Shown in pieces: positions 13,001 to 23,100 of a stretch of DNA of 64,000 nt (position 1 is the first letter of the stretch; the number at the start of each line of letters is the position of its first letter). Made by a program: the position numbers and the translations under genes. The stretch comes from Amphiscolops sp. MND2022 (lineage: Eukaryota): assembly GCA_964187785.1 (NCBI GenBank), contig OZ076409.1, forward strand, positions 49,416,001 through 49,480,000. The letters are read 5' to 3'. Below the pieces are notes generated by a model. It was given only the letters and a program-made list of their open reading frames with translations. It was not told the DNA's origin and ran no database searches.

Positions 13001-15396
13001 ACAAACAGTACGTCCTCATGACAGACGCGAACTTCAAAAATGCAGGCTACGCCCTCATGATTGAAGAAAACGCTGATGAAAAACTGACCTCAGTTAAAAA
13101 GACTTACGCCCCGGTAGCGTTTGGTTCCAAGACATTCTCTCCGTCTCAAATCAAAATGTCAATATATGCCAAAGAATTCTTGGCTATATATTTCGCCTTC
13201 ATGGAATACAGCCACATATTGTGGGGATCGACCAAACCGGTCATCGTCCTAACAGACAACAAGTCCGTCACACGGTTTTTTCAAACCAAGATAATACCAC
13301 CAGCCTTGTGGAACGCCTGCGATTTCGTCCTACAATTCAACTTTACGATCGCCCACGTCCCAGGGCGCATGAACACCGCAGCTGATTTCCTTTCCCGACT
13401 TGACCTAGACCCAAAGGAAAAAGTCCAACTCTTAATCCGAGACGACATTCAAACAACACCAATAGAGGTACACATTCAATCCTCCAACGTCGCAGAAGAG
13501 GAACAGTTCTACTTCCTCCCCGATGATGACATTGAAACCGAAGAACAAATTTGGGAGAGGAAGCAAAGAGCCCGCAAGAAAATTCTAGGGAACGACACCC
13601 CACCAACGCCAGGAGAAGAAGCAAATAATGAAACAGTCCAAACAGAAGACACCACAGTCATATTTCAAACGGAAATAACAAGACACAACAAAACCACCGA
13701 AGACAAAGAAAACACCCTCCCAACTGACATGCGACACCAACAGGACCAAGACAGTGTCCTCAGAAACTACAAACTGCGCCTCCTCAAGGAACCATACGAT
13801 GAACACCTGATGGCCACAGACCACAGGGCACTCCGTTACACAGCGCAAGAATCGAGAATCATACTCAAAGACGGACTGCTATACCGGCAGTACTTCGGAG
13901 AAACCGGAACAGTCAAACACCTGCAAGTACTACTCCCGGAGCAACTGGTCGACTCCTTCATCGAGGCACACCATGGAATGCACAACAAACACCCGGGAAT
14001 AACGAAAGTAATACAACAATGCAGAGAAAAGTATTACTACCCAAGTCTCGCAGCAAGGATAGCCAAACATATCAACCAATGCATGAAATGCATGCAAACA
14101 AAACGAACAGACAATCGCCTCCTAACCCCACCAATGATCGACACGTCCAAACTGGCAATGGGACCGGAAGATGCCCTACAAATGGACATCGTCCCCTTCG
14201 ACGAGCCATCCAACGGATTCACAGCGATAGTCACCGCCATGGACGTCTTTTCCCGCTACCTATTTACCTATTGTGTCACCAAAATAGATGCCCGCTCGAT
14301 CGCAAGAGTACTGGTAGACATAATGACAAGACATGCTTACCTGCCCACAACGATCATAACTGACAAAGGAACCCAATTCATGTCCGAAGTAATGGCTGAC
14401 ACCACACGCGTTCTAGGCATCCAATTGAGACACGCAACTACAAAACATGCCCAAACAATTGGTATCCTAGAACGCTGTCATGCATCCTTAAAAGAAGCCC
14501 TGAAAATATCAACAGGAGAAAGGAGAACAATGTGGCACCAGTTCGTACCAACCGCCACACTAAACTACAACACAACCTACCACTCAGCACTAGGGTGCGA
14601 ACCCAGTAGAGTATTCCATGGCAGAATACCATACAACGTGCTTGACTTAAAGTTCGGTCTCAAACAGAACCAAACCCAAAACCCAAGAACAGACATAGGC
14701 GAAGAAGTCGTCCAGAAGACCCGGATGATACACCAATCAGTAACCAAACACCTCCTCCACTCCTACATACGCTACAAACAGTACTACGATAAAAAAGCTT
14801 CTGCCCACCCCCTAGCAGCAAACGACTACTGCTACGCCTTACATCCCCAGGCAAACAACCAGGGATCGAAACTACCTTTCCGCGAGTATTTATGGACAGG
14901 ACCATTCGTAGTAGTTAAAACCCTTCCCGACAACAACTACCTAGTTCGTAAATTGCAAACGAACAAGACCCAAATTCTACACAGGATACGACTGAAACCA
15001 TGCCCCACGAAAAATCGCCTTCCTGATATACAAGTTCAAACCAAGGACTTTCAACCAGACGATGAAGTTGAAATCCTACACGATGACCTATACGCCCTAG
15101 CCTGGCAATCAGGGTTTGAACACTTCATGATGACCCATAACCACGATTCCAACAACGAATCGGCAATCAACCCGACCGATAGTCATGACGTCTTAGAAAA
15201 CATTGCCCAGGATGACACCCACGATATCCTAACGGAACCCCAACCCGAACAACAGGAATCCCAACCAGAACCCAACCCAAACCCAGAGCCTAGTTCCCCC
15301 CGCAAAGGCAAATATAACCTTCGCAGCAACCCCCCTTCAAATTGGAAAAGGGACTACGCCTACTACAACCCAATGGTTGTTAGCTCAAACGAATAA
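10021..15396 (+). CDS. pol: Element B Pol (protease, dUTPase-like, RT, RNase H, integrase), expressed by -1 frameshift
   Basis: 1758-aa ORF from 10120, open back to the slippery site at 10021. Motifs: LVDSGA, YVDD, RNase H (MTDA...TDNK), HHCC, integrase core, GPF. Confidence 0.96.
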   Translation, partial: KKLLKPRLRFGDYTDFRYYTISEPPKDFDKELFMECSGEPSIDWQRRWLIRRIIKFNKNTLDKLPYPDWYTQNPTQYNTTRRPLLPSSTPETYIYDPDFECDPYYNDALYDSTNLVFRQSINVPFHEFIAKTNMDISTTPRRKDDLSHTPEPQAEEEYDTEITVIVTPPTTSLKSILKHNNQSPLVDSQSPTKLPATPNEIRAAMTSSPSSPESPEHKYSTPKTLVDDTKAGDQTIASQLTTQPRTRRVKRTLTCEFNQQTEAKTATNSPLITTQTSREEPTNLEQDEEWIQTNKQLHEIAITDPETSEQCIPIFSAINLKKKRKMLFAPMDFNNISVDALVDSGALVNCLPESEFQKIKTVSPDNILKEMDPPTFKLQVANGEIETPTKTVQLQFELGDWTFKETFIVATKMTGPILGLTFLKNNSAILDVSQALLHFPHLTYAISADDNETISRHHKVTTKTQLTIMPDQCVTIEAGINLRTLTNTTGIINPTEPYSGEHQLVVASSLSTVTNSKIEIRVTNTSPNPFTLKKNTNLAEFTILSPQEAKQLHPLNSAALKVLAEDDSEQALEYVNELLKSSEKPQTVQNFWFPTPENPGDPSTHTPIQSRILREIEELENIQKLNPQDSPEDRATFLPNFKWTDSQLSDEDKKDIEAILVEYNDIFARHRLDIGINNESKIKLTPKSEQPAYTQSLPCPVNLKDDLTVELALMHYYGIITTLPFSKYASPIFAQRKPNGRLRLLVDLRKINNLISDDYINNNHPVSTLSDAAQHLAGKKLFCKLDCSQAYHVLQMADQKSVELLAFNFASRTFAYLRLAQGLSRSLSSFSSFMREYLDRVIKADKCAQYVDDIGIATHAAEELKNNLREVFQCIREAGLRLTMAKCQFGAKEVEFLGRTVSPEGIAPQSHKIKNYLQKLSFPKTKKGLQRYIGFVNYYRNYIPRLSEKIAPFHELVKADKPIKITNEIIGTFDNINKALDNACGLWLKQPLPNKQYVLMTDANFKNAGYALMIEENADEKLTSVKKTYAPVAFGSKTFSPSQIKMSIYAKEFLAIYFAFMEYSHILWGSTKPVIVLTDNKSVTRFFQTKIIPPALWNACDFVLQFNFTIAHVPGRMNTAADFLSRLDLDPKEKVQLLIRDDIQTTPIEVHIQSSNVAEEEQFYFLPDDDIETEEQIWERKQRARKKILGNDTPPTPGEEANNETVQTEDTTVIFQTEITRHNKTTEDKENTLPTDMRHQQDQDSVLRNYKLRLLKEPYDEHLMATDHRALRYTAQESRIILKDGLLYRQYFGETGTVKHLQVLLPEQLVDSFIEAHHGMHNKHPGITKVIQQCREKYYYPSLAARIAKHINQCMKCMQTKRTDNRLLTPPMIDTSKLAMGPEDALQMDIVPFDEPSNGFTAIVTAMDVFSRYLFTYCVTKIDARSIARVLVDIMTRHAYLPTTIITDKGTQFMSEVMADTTRVLGIQLRHATTKHAQTIGILERCHASLKEALKISTGERRTMWHQFVPTATLNYNTTYHSALGCEPSRVFHGRIPYNVLDLKFGLKQNQTQNPRTDIGEEVVQKTRMIHQSVTKHLLHSYIRYKQYYDKKASAHPLAANDYCYALHPQANNQGSKLPFREYLWTGPFVVVKTLPDNNYLVRKLQTNKTQILHRIRLKPCPTKNRLPDIQVQTKDFQPDDEVEILHDDLYALAWQSGFEHFMMTHNHDSNNESAINPTDSHDVLENIAQDDTHDILTEPQPEQQESQPEPNPNPEPSSPRKGKYNLRSNPPSNWKRDYAYYNPMVVSSNE

Positions 15397-15728
15397 ACTT
15401 TCAATATGAATTCATGAAATGGTACACCTACTACTCACTCAATTGACCTGAAACTGACTCAAATCCCTACTACTCATCTACAAACTCAACAGAAAACGAA
15501 TTCGAGGAGCAGAAGAGTGAATTATTGTAAACCCCCCAACTGACATCCCTCCTTTTCTCTCATTTTCTAAGAATGGCGATGCAATTTTCTTTTCTTGCCA
15601 AATACAACGCAATCAGACCACGTGAGCCAGAAACAAAATAGAAATAATCAGCTATAAAATATAAACTGCTAATACAAACAAAGACTAAAATCCGATCAAG
15701 TATATCTGCAACAAGCCGAACACACGAC

Positions 15729-18700
15729 TCAATTCTGGGAACTACGCTTCCTAGACACACCGGAAGCTTCTTTACTGGATGAACAACTGGGCACACTCCC
15801 AAGACGTTGGTTCTTCTTCTCCCTCACTTTTTCCGCTACACTGCTGGACCCACGGGACTGCGAAACTGACACAGTAGACATCTTTGTTGGTGGGATAGCG
15901 ACAACTGACGGAACCTTAGAACTCTTCCCGGAAGAAGGCCCAACTACGGCATCCACCTGCTGAGAATCCAACACAGGCTGTAACTTGTCCGGAGACGAGG
16001 ACGCAGAGTACAAACCCAGACCAGCTCGCCGACGCCACTCTGCCACCTGGGCCAGATAATAGGAATCAAACGCATCACGCAATTCGCGATAGAGGTCACC
16101 TCGGGCATGCAAATACAAATTACCCCACGGCGAGAAGGAAGCGTTATCCATAAAATTCTTCCCGTTTGGCAAGTTGCACTTCAGTTCCTCGAGACAATCC
16201 TTCGTCAACAGTTCTCCGGAAACGAACTTATCGAACGAAACGTACGATTGACAAGCAAAGATCGAGGACAATAAAACCTTCTTTGGAATTTTGGATCCAC
16301 TCAGTGACATATCGACGACCGGATAACAGATCTCACGCGGAACCACGGCCATTGCAGCTAACTGCACAACTCGATCCAGATTCAGACGACAGTCCAGTAG
16401 CCCGGAATCACGCAGGAAAGCGAAACTGTTCGTGATAGAAGAAACCACCCGTTTGTTCCGTCGCCGTAATTCAACGAGCAAAGATTTAAACTCGTTAGCA
16501 GCTGCCTCGCAATCCAACGAGGATAGACGCCCACAGTCCAATAAATAGGTGGTCAGATCCTTGAAGAGAACAACAGCATATGACTCATCGCCCAATAACA
16601 TCATATCTGGAGAGAAGCAACTCAGACTAGATGCCAAACCCGACTTTGCATAAGCAGACTGATTGAGCACCTTCAGGAATTCCAACAGGAAACCCTGACA
16701 CTCACGAAGGAAAGTGCGCCGGAAAGCATCACTGCAGGACGACAAAGCCACAGTAACAAGGGGCTCACCTCGAAGACACTATGTATACGGAATGTTGGCC
16801 CATGTCGTCAAAGGTAGACCGATATACTGGCTCCATGCTTCAATCTCAGGCAACGCACTCAACTTCTTCACCTTCCCAAGCAACGCCCAATAAAAATAAC
16901 AGAAATCAGCATAATTACGGCACGTGTAATCGGTGACTTCAGTTGCAAACTGCTTCTCAAAGCTGGCCTGGAAACAGGATACGAGCACATGCAGGACACT
17001 CAGCCGAGGCAAAACCAGAGTATCCGCAAGTATCATCTGCCCTATGTCAAGAGGAGGTTTACTTTTGGGAGGCATCACAGTCCCAGTCTCCTTCAGGAAC
17101 AATCTCACGTCGTCCCAATGATGGATCAACTCGGAAATAACGGCGCACAAAGAAGCAAAAGGAACTTGACGCTGACGAACGCACCTGTGAAACTCAGATA
17201 AACCCATCAGCCATGGTTGACGAACAGCTTTAACCAAGCGCAATAACAAATAATCCAATATGGCAAAAGGATCCAGCAAATTTGTTCCAACCAGCCCAGC
17301 GTCCCGAACATGATCTCGGAACGTGTCAGACGTATACTCCAAGACAGGCAACGGCACAGGACGACTTCCGGTTTTGCACCAGCTCGAGAAGACATTGAAT
17401 AATGTGGAAGAACAACCACGAACTGCAACAGGAGACTGCTCAGCAGGAAGAACGGCAAGAATTCGAGACAAACACTTGATCTCAGCATCACACAAACCCG
17501 CGGAAGACTCCTCCCAGAGAACACATACTTCACGGATAACATCATCAGCAAAGAAACAGACGAAACAGCGCAACCCGGTGTCATCCTCGCGAAATGTCAA
17601 ACTGAATTCGGAGTTGTTGCAGCCAGTTTGGACTCGACGCAGAATACGAGGATACAGAGTCTGACTCAATACCACAAACGATTCAGTCTTACTCCAGGTG
17701 GCCTGGGCATAGCTAGTCTCAACTGGAATCGTTGTCCTGAACTGGCTCCAGAGTCTTCTAAGGAAGCTGTGAGATCCCCCGCTCCGCAACAACTCAAACA
17801 GACCACCCACGAGCGTCGAAGAGGGAACGTTCGAGACTACTCCAACGAGAGCATCCACTTCATCCTCCACGAAGGCATTCTTCTTACCAAGGACTACTGG
17901 CGGCGTCTTTTCAATTTCTGCACGCAACTCAGGAGAAATAGTGGCAACAGCAATCTCATCAAACCCAGCGGTATACACGGTATCCTCATGATCGAGACGA
18001 TAACGCTGATCTTTGGCAAAGTGAGTTTTGCAGCCAAAGTGCCGCCAGATCTCGAGTTCCCCCCGCCACAGGAATGAAATGTCCTTCCGACATATGGCAC
18101 AGTTGAACCCGTTTGGATTCTTGTCCGCCCTCTGGCTAACGAACAGACGAGGAATAGGGTGAATTGCCATGCTTCTTCGAAGAACATGACGCTCGGTCTG
18201 CCGTTTCTTCCTCCTCTCGTATTTGGCAAACAGTTTGCTCTTAGTCACCTCCTCAGCGTCCAAATGACCACGAGCCCGATCCAACTGAATCCCCTTCTGT
18301 TTGAGAAGCTGCATGATTTTGTCTAACTCTACAACACAAAGGGACAATCACATCCCGATAATACTACTTTGACATAAACCCACCCCCAGACAACCCTGAA
18401 GACATATGGTACCCCTAAACAACTATAAGTGGGATCATGACGCAACTGCGAACAAACAAACAACAGACATATACAACTTACGACGAGAAAGAGAACGTTC
18501 TTCTGCTCGACTATGAGTTCGCTCCAAGCGAACAGCTGCCTGGCCGAAAGCCAACACTTGCGAAGCAGATAAGCACACCGCTCCCTCCGGCACATCCTTT
18601 AGTCCAGCTAAAAAACAATGAATTCATAAGGACAATCAACGCACAAACACGACGCCCCCCCCCACAACAAGGCACCAACCAAAAGACACACGATACAAAT

Positions 18701-19712
18701 AATTGAAGACGATAATAACCTTTTGCCCACTCATTGTGGATGACCGACCGCTCCAACCCCTCTACTGGTCGTGAATGCTGTGTACGCTCACGCTTTGGTC
18801 GGAAACCCGCATCACCACCACCACTCGACACAGCCTCGTCGGCCACAGTGGGAACAATCATTGCATCGGAAGACGACGAATCCACTCCCATAGAAGCTTC
18901 TCCATGGACTTGTGAAGAACCAACTGAAATCAACTCGTACTCATCAATAAGCAGAAACAATCATTCGAACGAGCACAGCCAAGGTATTTATATAATGCTA
19001 GAGGAAGAAAGAAATACCCACCTTCAAAACCTGCAATAGGCGACGCCGCTGATCTAGTGGTCATCCCAGCACACCCTCCAGACTGAGACCAACGGCCTTG
19101 GTTAGATGGACTAGCACCACTAACAGATGCCACAGCAGAGCGAGACCCAGGGACATAATCATCATCACGAGAATCATCGGACAATCCTAAAACAGCAAGA
19201 AAGGTGGATGAAATGACGCGTCTGCATACTAGCATGAAAAGTTAGCTGGCCACTAACATTTCGCTAAGCAACTTACCCTCTAAATCACATAAATAGTCCA
19301 AATCGTGGCGTGCATCACTTTCTGTCGAATGCATTGAACCAGCATCGTCACTATCTGAACTGCCATTGTTACTCGCACTCTCAGAACCCGTGTCATCGGA
19401 ACAGTCATCATTGTCAATCTCCCCGAATCCACTACCACGTTTAGCACACTGGGACTCCAACCCAGCCAACGACTCCATAACTTCTTCTTCACCACTTGAC
19501 TCAGCAATAATCAATCGGGACTCAGCAGCACTTTCTTCCTCCTGACTCTCTTGACCTGCCTCTTGCAGCAGAACGCCCGTCAGTTCACTCTCTCCCTCAT
19601 GACTCTCTTGACCTGCCTCATGTAACAAGATACCTTCTCCCTCGCTCTCCACAACTCCAATTTTTCCAGACCGCAAAATCCGCTGGTCATCTTCATCAGT
19701 CGAATGCGACAT
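15729..19712 (-). CDS. Element B antisense multi-exon cargo gene: acidic N-terminus, C2H2/BED-like zinc finger, hAT-transposase-like body. One in-frame TAG at 16779-16781 (possible pseudogene copy)
   Basis: Predicted exons 19712-19277, 19186-19031, 18923-18720, 18607-18482 and 18328-15729. All four GT-AG introns are phase 1 and join in frame (~1174 codons). Finger CAICRKDISFLWRGELEIWRHFGCKTH. Homologous to the cargo gene in C. Confidence 0.75.
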
Positions 19713-19991
19713 AATAAACACTCAAATCTGAAATAAACTCAAACCTGATACCAAAAGTCGAAGACGTGGCGTAAAACCAACGCTAATACTAATATTACAA
19801 ACTAATAGTATGACGTAATGGAAGTCATTCAGTCTGCCAGCTGAAAACTTTCCCATTCATGCAAGCGGCGTGAACAGAAGAAAAGAACGGAATTATCATT
19901 CAATTACTCGACCATTCCGCAGAACAGCCGCTCAGCATTGCTTACAACTATTACTATTTATTGCATACAATTTATCTACTCATCGGATCAA

Positions 19992-20642
19992 ATGAATTCA
20001 TCGACACTAAATTCCTCAACCGATTATTTCATTTTGGACCGCGACCAAGACGCTGCCCCAGTAAACCCCTGCGCACATTCAACACCTAAAGCGCTTGGTG
20101 ATAATTGCGAAAATACTCAAACACCAATTATCGAGGATATTTACGAGATTATCAATACTGGGACAGAACATATTGTCCTTTACCATGAGTCGGCGCCGAT
20201 ATCTATCCTAGAAACAGCCCAATCAGATACATTACCATCCAGGAAATTTACAAACTTCAACCCAATTATCCCGGATGACGAATTCATGAGCCCCCCTAGA
20301 AACTACGAGAATATGGACAATTGGCTATACGGGCCGCACGATGGGACAATCAGCCCCATCTCCAGTAACTCTAGTTCGATAGGTTACTTCTCAGGAAGTG
20401 ACTGGTCAACAGATTCGTCCTGGATGTCTTATGATTCAATGGTACAGTCTATATTTCAACCCCCCATCTCTTCCCCATTCAGGCCAATTTCACCACTTCT
20501 TCCCACAATGGACGTCTCTCATCAAAGCCGGGGACTGTCACAGCCGCCACAGGGCCGTGAAATAATAAGAACAGAGAGAACGCCAGAGGAAAGAAATGGA
20601 GAAATTAACCAAGAAGAAGCTAATAAACCATCACAAACCTGA
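19992..20642 (+). CDS. Element B ORF3: S/P/D-rich protein of unknown function, ending inside the 3' LTR
   Basis: Open frame (ATG at 19992) reads through the PPT and ~107 nt into the LTR; same position as ORF3 in C. Confidence 0.6.
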   Translation: MNSSTLNSSTDYFILDRDQDAAPVNPCAHSTPKALGDNCENTQTPIIEDIYEIINTGTEHIVLYHESAPISILETAQSDTLPSRKFTNFNPIIPDDEFMSPPRNYENMDNWLYGPHDGTISPISSNSSSIGYFSGSDWSTDSSWMSYDSMVQSIFQPPISSPFRPISPLLPTMDVSHQSRGLSQPPQGREIIRTERTPEERNGEINQEEANKPSQT

Positions 20643-22584
20643 AAGAAAACAATCAACAAACAAACACTCATTGATATTGAACAACCCTGTAAGTGCATAA
20701 TATTAATATCATCAACCCCCTGCAGTACCTGAAATACATAAATATGTAAATAATTAAATAATAATAACTTGTTGTAAATGCGATTTGTTTGCAGTAGCTT
20801 GACCAATACGCTGATTGAAGTTATTCCAACCAGCGCACTGACCAGCCTACCGTCCCAATATCTGCGTAGCAAAACACACTAATTCTCACTGTCCCTTTAA
20901 TTAACCAATCAGCGCTAAGCGCGAATGTGCAGTATTAATTCAGTTACTCTGCTAGCCAAGCAATTCAGTCGACAAAGCTGGGACGCACGCCTGGCTGCTC
21001 GACTGAATTACCTGAAATGCTAGTGTAATCAAACGACGCTAAATGTGAAATAAACTCAAATTCAGAGCTTAGAAGAAGCTTAAAATATGCAGTTTTAAGT
21101 AATAGAGTTGGAATATGTAATATTTATAATATACCAAAGTACAATTGTTAAGTTGTCAACCATGATTTCTGGGACAACCGCTGGGACAACCGGTTTATAT
21201 TTATAAACTGGGACGACCGCCGGGACAACCAGCCCAACTTAGATGGAGCAGTAAAGAACTAAAACACCAATAGATAATGAATAACTGCCTTAATACATGT
21301 AAATGTGCTATCTTAATTATACATGGAAGGTTACAAATCATTCAAGCGAAGCGAAATGATGAATAATATTAGTACGAGCCGGGACTCCCGCCTGGACAAC
21401 CGTTTGATTAATTAATGATGTATCAAATTTGAGTGAAATATTAATACGTTATGATAGTGACAATCGTTCGACATACCATATTTGTTGACCGAATGGAAAT
21501 TACTCCCAGATGCTACCTAACTGAATAATCTTGCCCCCCTTCACATGCATTAATTTGGGCTGTTAGCCTGGTTGCTTGACCTCGTTTGAGTATTATGTCC
21601 GTCGACCAGGCATGTGTTTAATGTCAAATTTGTGAAAGTGCGTCGATAGTTGTGATCATCACCCCTAATTTTGTCAATTCACAAATTATTGCAGTTTTCT
21701 CTTATGTTGAATTGCTTATTTTATTTAAAGGAAAATTCATTTCCTTTTCCCGCTTCAGTAGCTAGGTTCATGAATTTCAGTGCCAACTTCACCTTCGGCG
21801 TCTTGAAAAGGCGGGAAATGAAGAAGAAAGGGACGCGGAATTGGGAAGCGGCAGGAAGTGAATTCCCACTTTTCTTTAAAGTGGGTTGAAACCGAATGCC
21901 GAGTCCCGAGGAAGAATACCTTAATTGGATTTCCCCGCTTTGCAAAGGACGCCGAGGTGAACAAGGTGTGAATTCACGCGCGGGGTTTTCCCCGCGTGTC
22001 TAGCGTAAAGTATAAATACCTGAAGCGGGATTAGGAAAAGTTAGTTGATAATTTGATTTTTCCAAGTGCGTTTGATTAACCGTTCTCCGGAAATTTTGCC
22101 TTTGTAATAATTGTTTTAATTACTTTGCTTAATATAATTCTTTTGTTTCGTAAACCCTGACAATTCACTGAACTGAAGTCTCCATTACGTTTGTAACGAC
22201 TCAAGTTTAATTGAAATATTGTCTCTCCATTATTTTGCAAGATGCCTTAGAAATCTCAAAAACGAAAGTTGAGGAGTGACCAGTCAACTAGCCAGTTCGA
22301 CATAGAGACGGCAAGCTCAATCAACGACGAAAACGCCGTACTTTCGGAAAGGGATTTTGAAGACATATCTAACAAAATTGAGAATAAAATTTCTAAGCGC
22401 CTCAGAGACACTGAGCTCAATCAACGCGAGATATTAAAATTGATTGAGAGTCTGTCGTCCAAAGTTGACAACCTATCAAGTGTCAATTCTGAACAAGGTT
22501 ATTTGACGACCAGGACCGAGAATAGTGGAAACCCCACTGAAGAACTAGAAGAAGTTAGTTTGTCCAGGAACGAGAGTTCCAACA
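20536..22584 (+). repeat. Element B 3' LTR (2049 bp)
   Basis: Direct repeat of 6907-8957 with a handful of differences, including GAG>TAG in gag codon 3 (22248). Preceded by a weak PPT (AAAGCCGGGGAC) and followed by TSD GTATT. Confidence 0.97.
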
Positions 22585-22589
22585 GTATT

Positions 22590-23100
22590 CTTATTTTGTT
22601 TACTTAGCGCAGTGCCGACGTCCTAATCCGCACTAATTGCTGTTCAAAGTGCAATTAAGCTGCCTTTCTTAGAAAAGGTGTAATTATTTCAGTGTGTCAT
22701 CTCAATGTACTTTCTATTCTAGATTCAAATAATGTCCTTTTTCCAATGGCGATTTTGGGTATGTTTTCGTTTAGATCGGTCTATGGCCTTTATTTCACGA
22801 TGTGTTTTAATTTAGTTTTCAGGTGGCGAATGTTCTTATTTTGGCGCACTAAAGACGTCCCACCGGAAATGTGTGAAATCATTTTAGTTCATTTTAGTTT
22901 CTGTTCTCATTTTCGTTTAAACTTTACGTAAGTTAGGCGTGCGTTTTCGTTTTTCTAGTCACAGTTTATTTAAGATTAGAGTTTAAAGTTTTTAAGTTAG
23001 TAATTGAAATACCATTTGGGGAATCGCAGGCTGCATCCATGGCCTCTTCCGATCCCCACTCGTCTGCAATGACAATCCAGTCCGGGAGCGGGCTGTGACA
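22590..23100 (-). repeat. Probable distal part of the element A 5' LTR, displaced by insertion of B
   Basis: The minus strand begins TGTCACAGCC at 23100, the family LTR start, in the same orientation as A and just across the B TSD. Confidence 0.6.

Larger units (their letters stand above)
6907..22584 (+). mobile_element. Element B: complete 15.7 kb Ty3/Gypsy LTR retrotransposon with extra cargo genes
   Basis: ~2.05 kb direct repeats with TG...CA termini, 5-bp TSD GTATT (6902-6906 and 22585-22589), PBS, intact gag and pol in PR-RT-RH-IN order. Confidence 0.97.

Noticed and set aside
10161..14905. Many short ORFs overlapping gag/pol on other frames or the opposite strand (also in A and C)
   Set aside because: Shadow ORFs of long coding regions; no motifs and not shared between elements.
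15729..20642. Cargo region as an env gene
   Set aside because: The main ORF is antisense with a zinc finger. No signal peptide, furin site plus fusion peptide, or TM anchor was seen in either cargo ORF.
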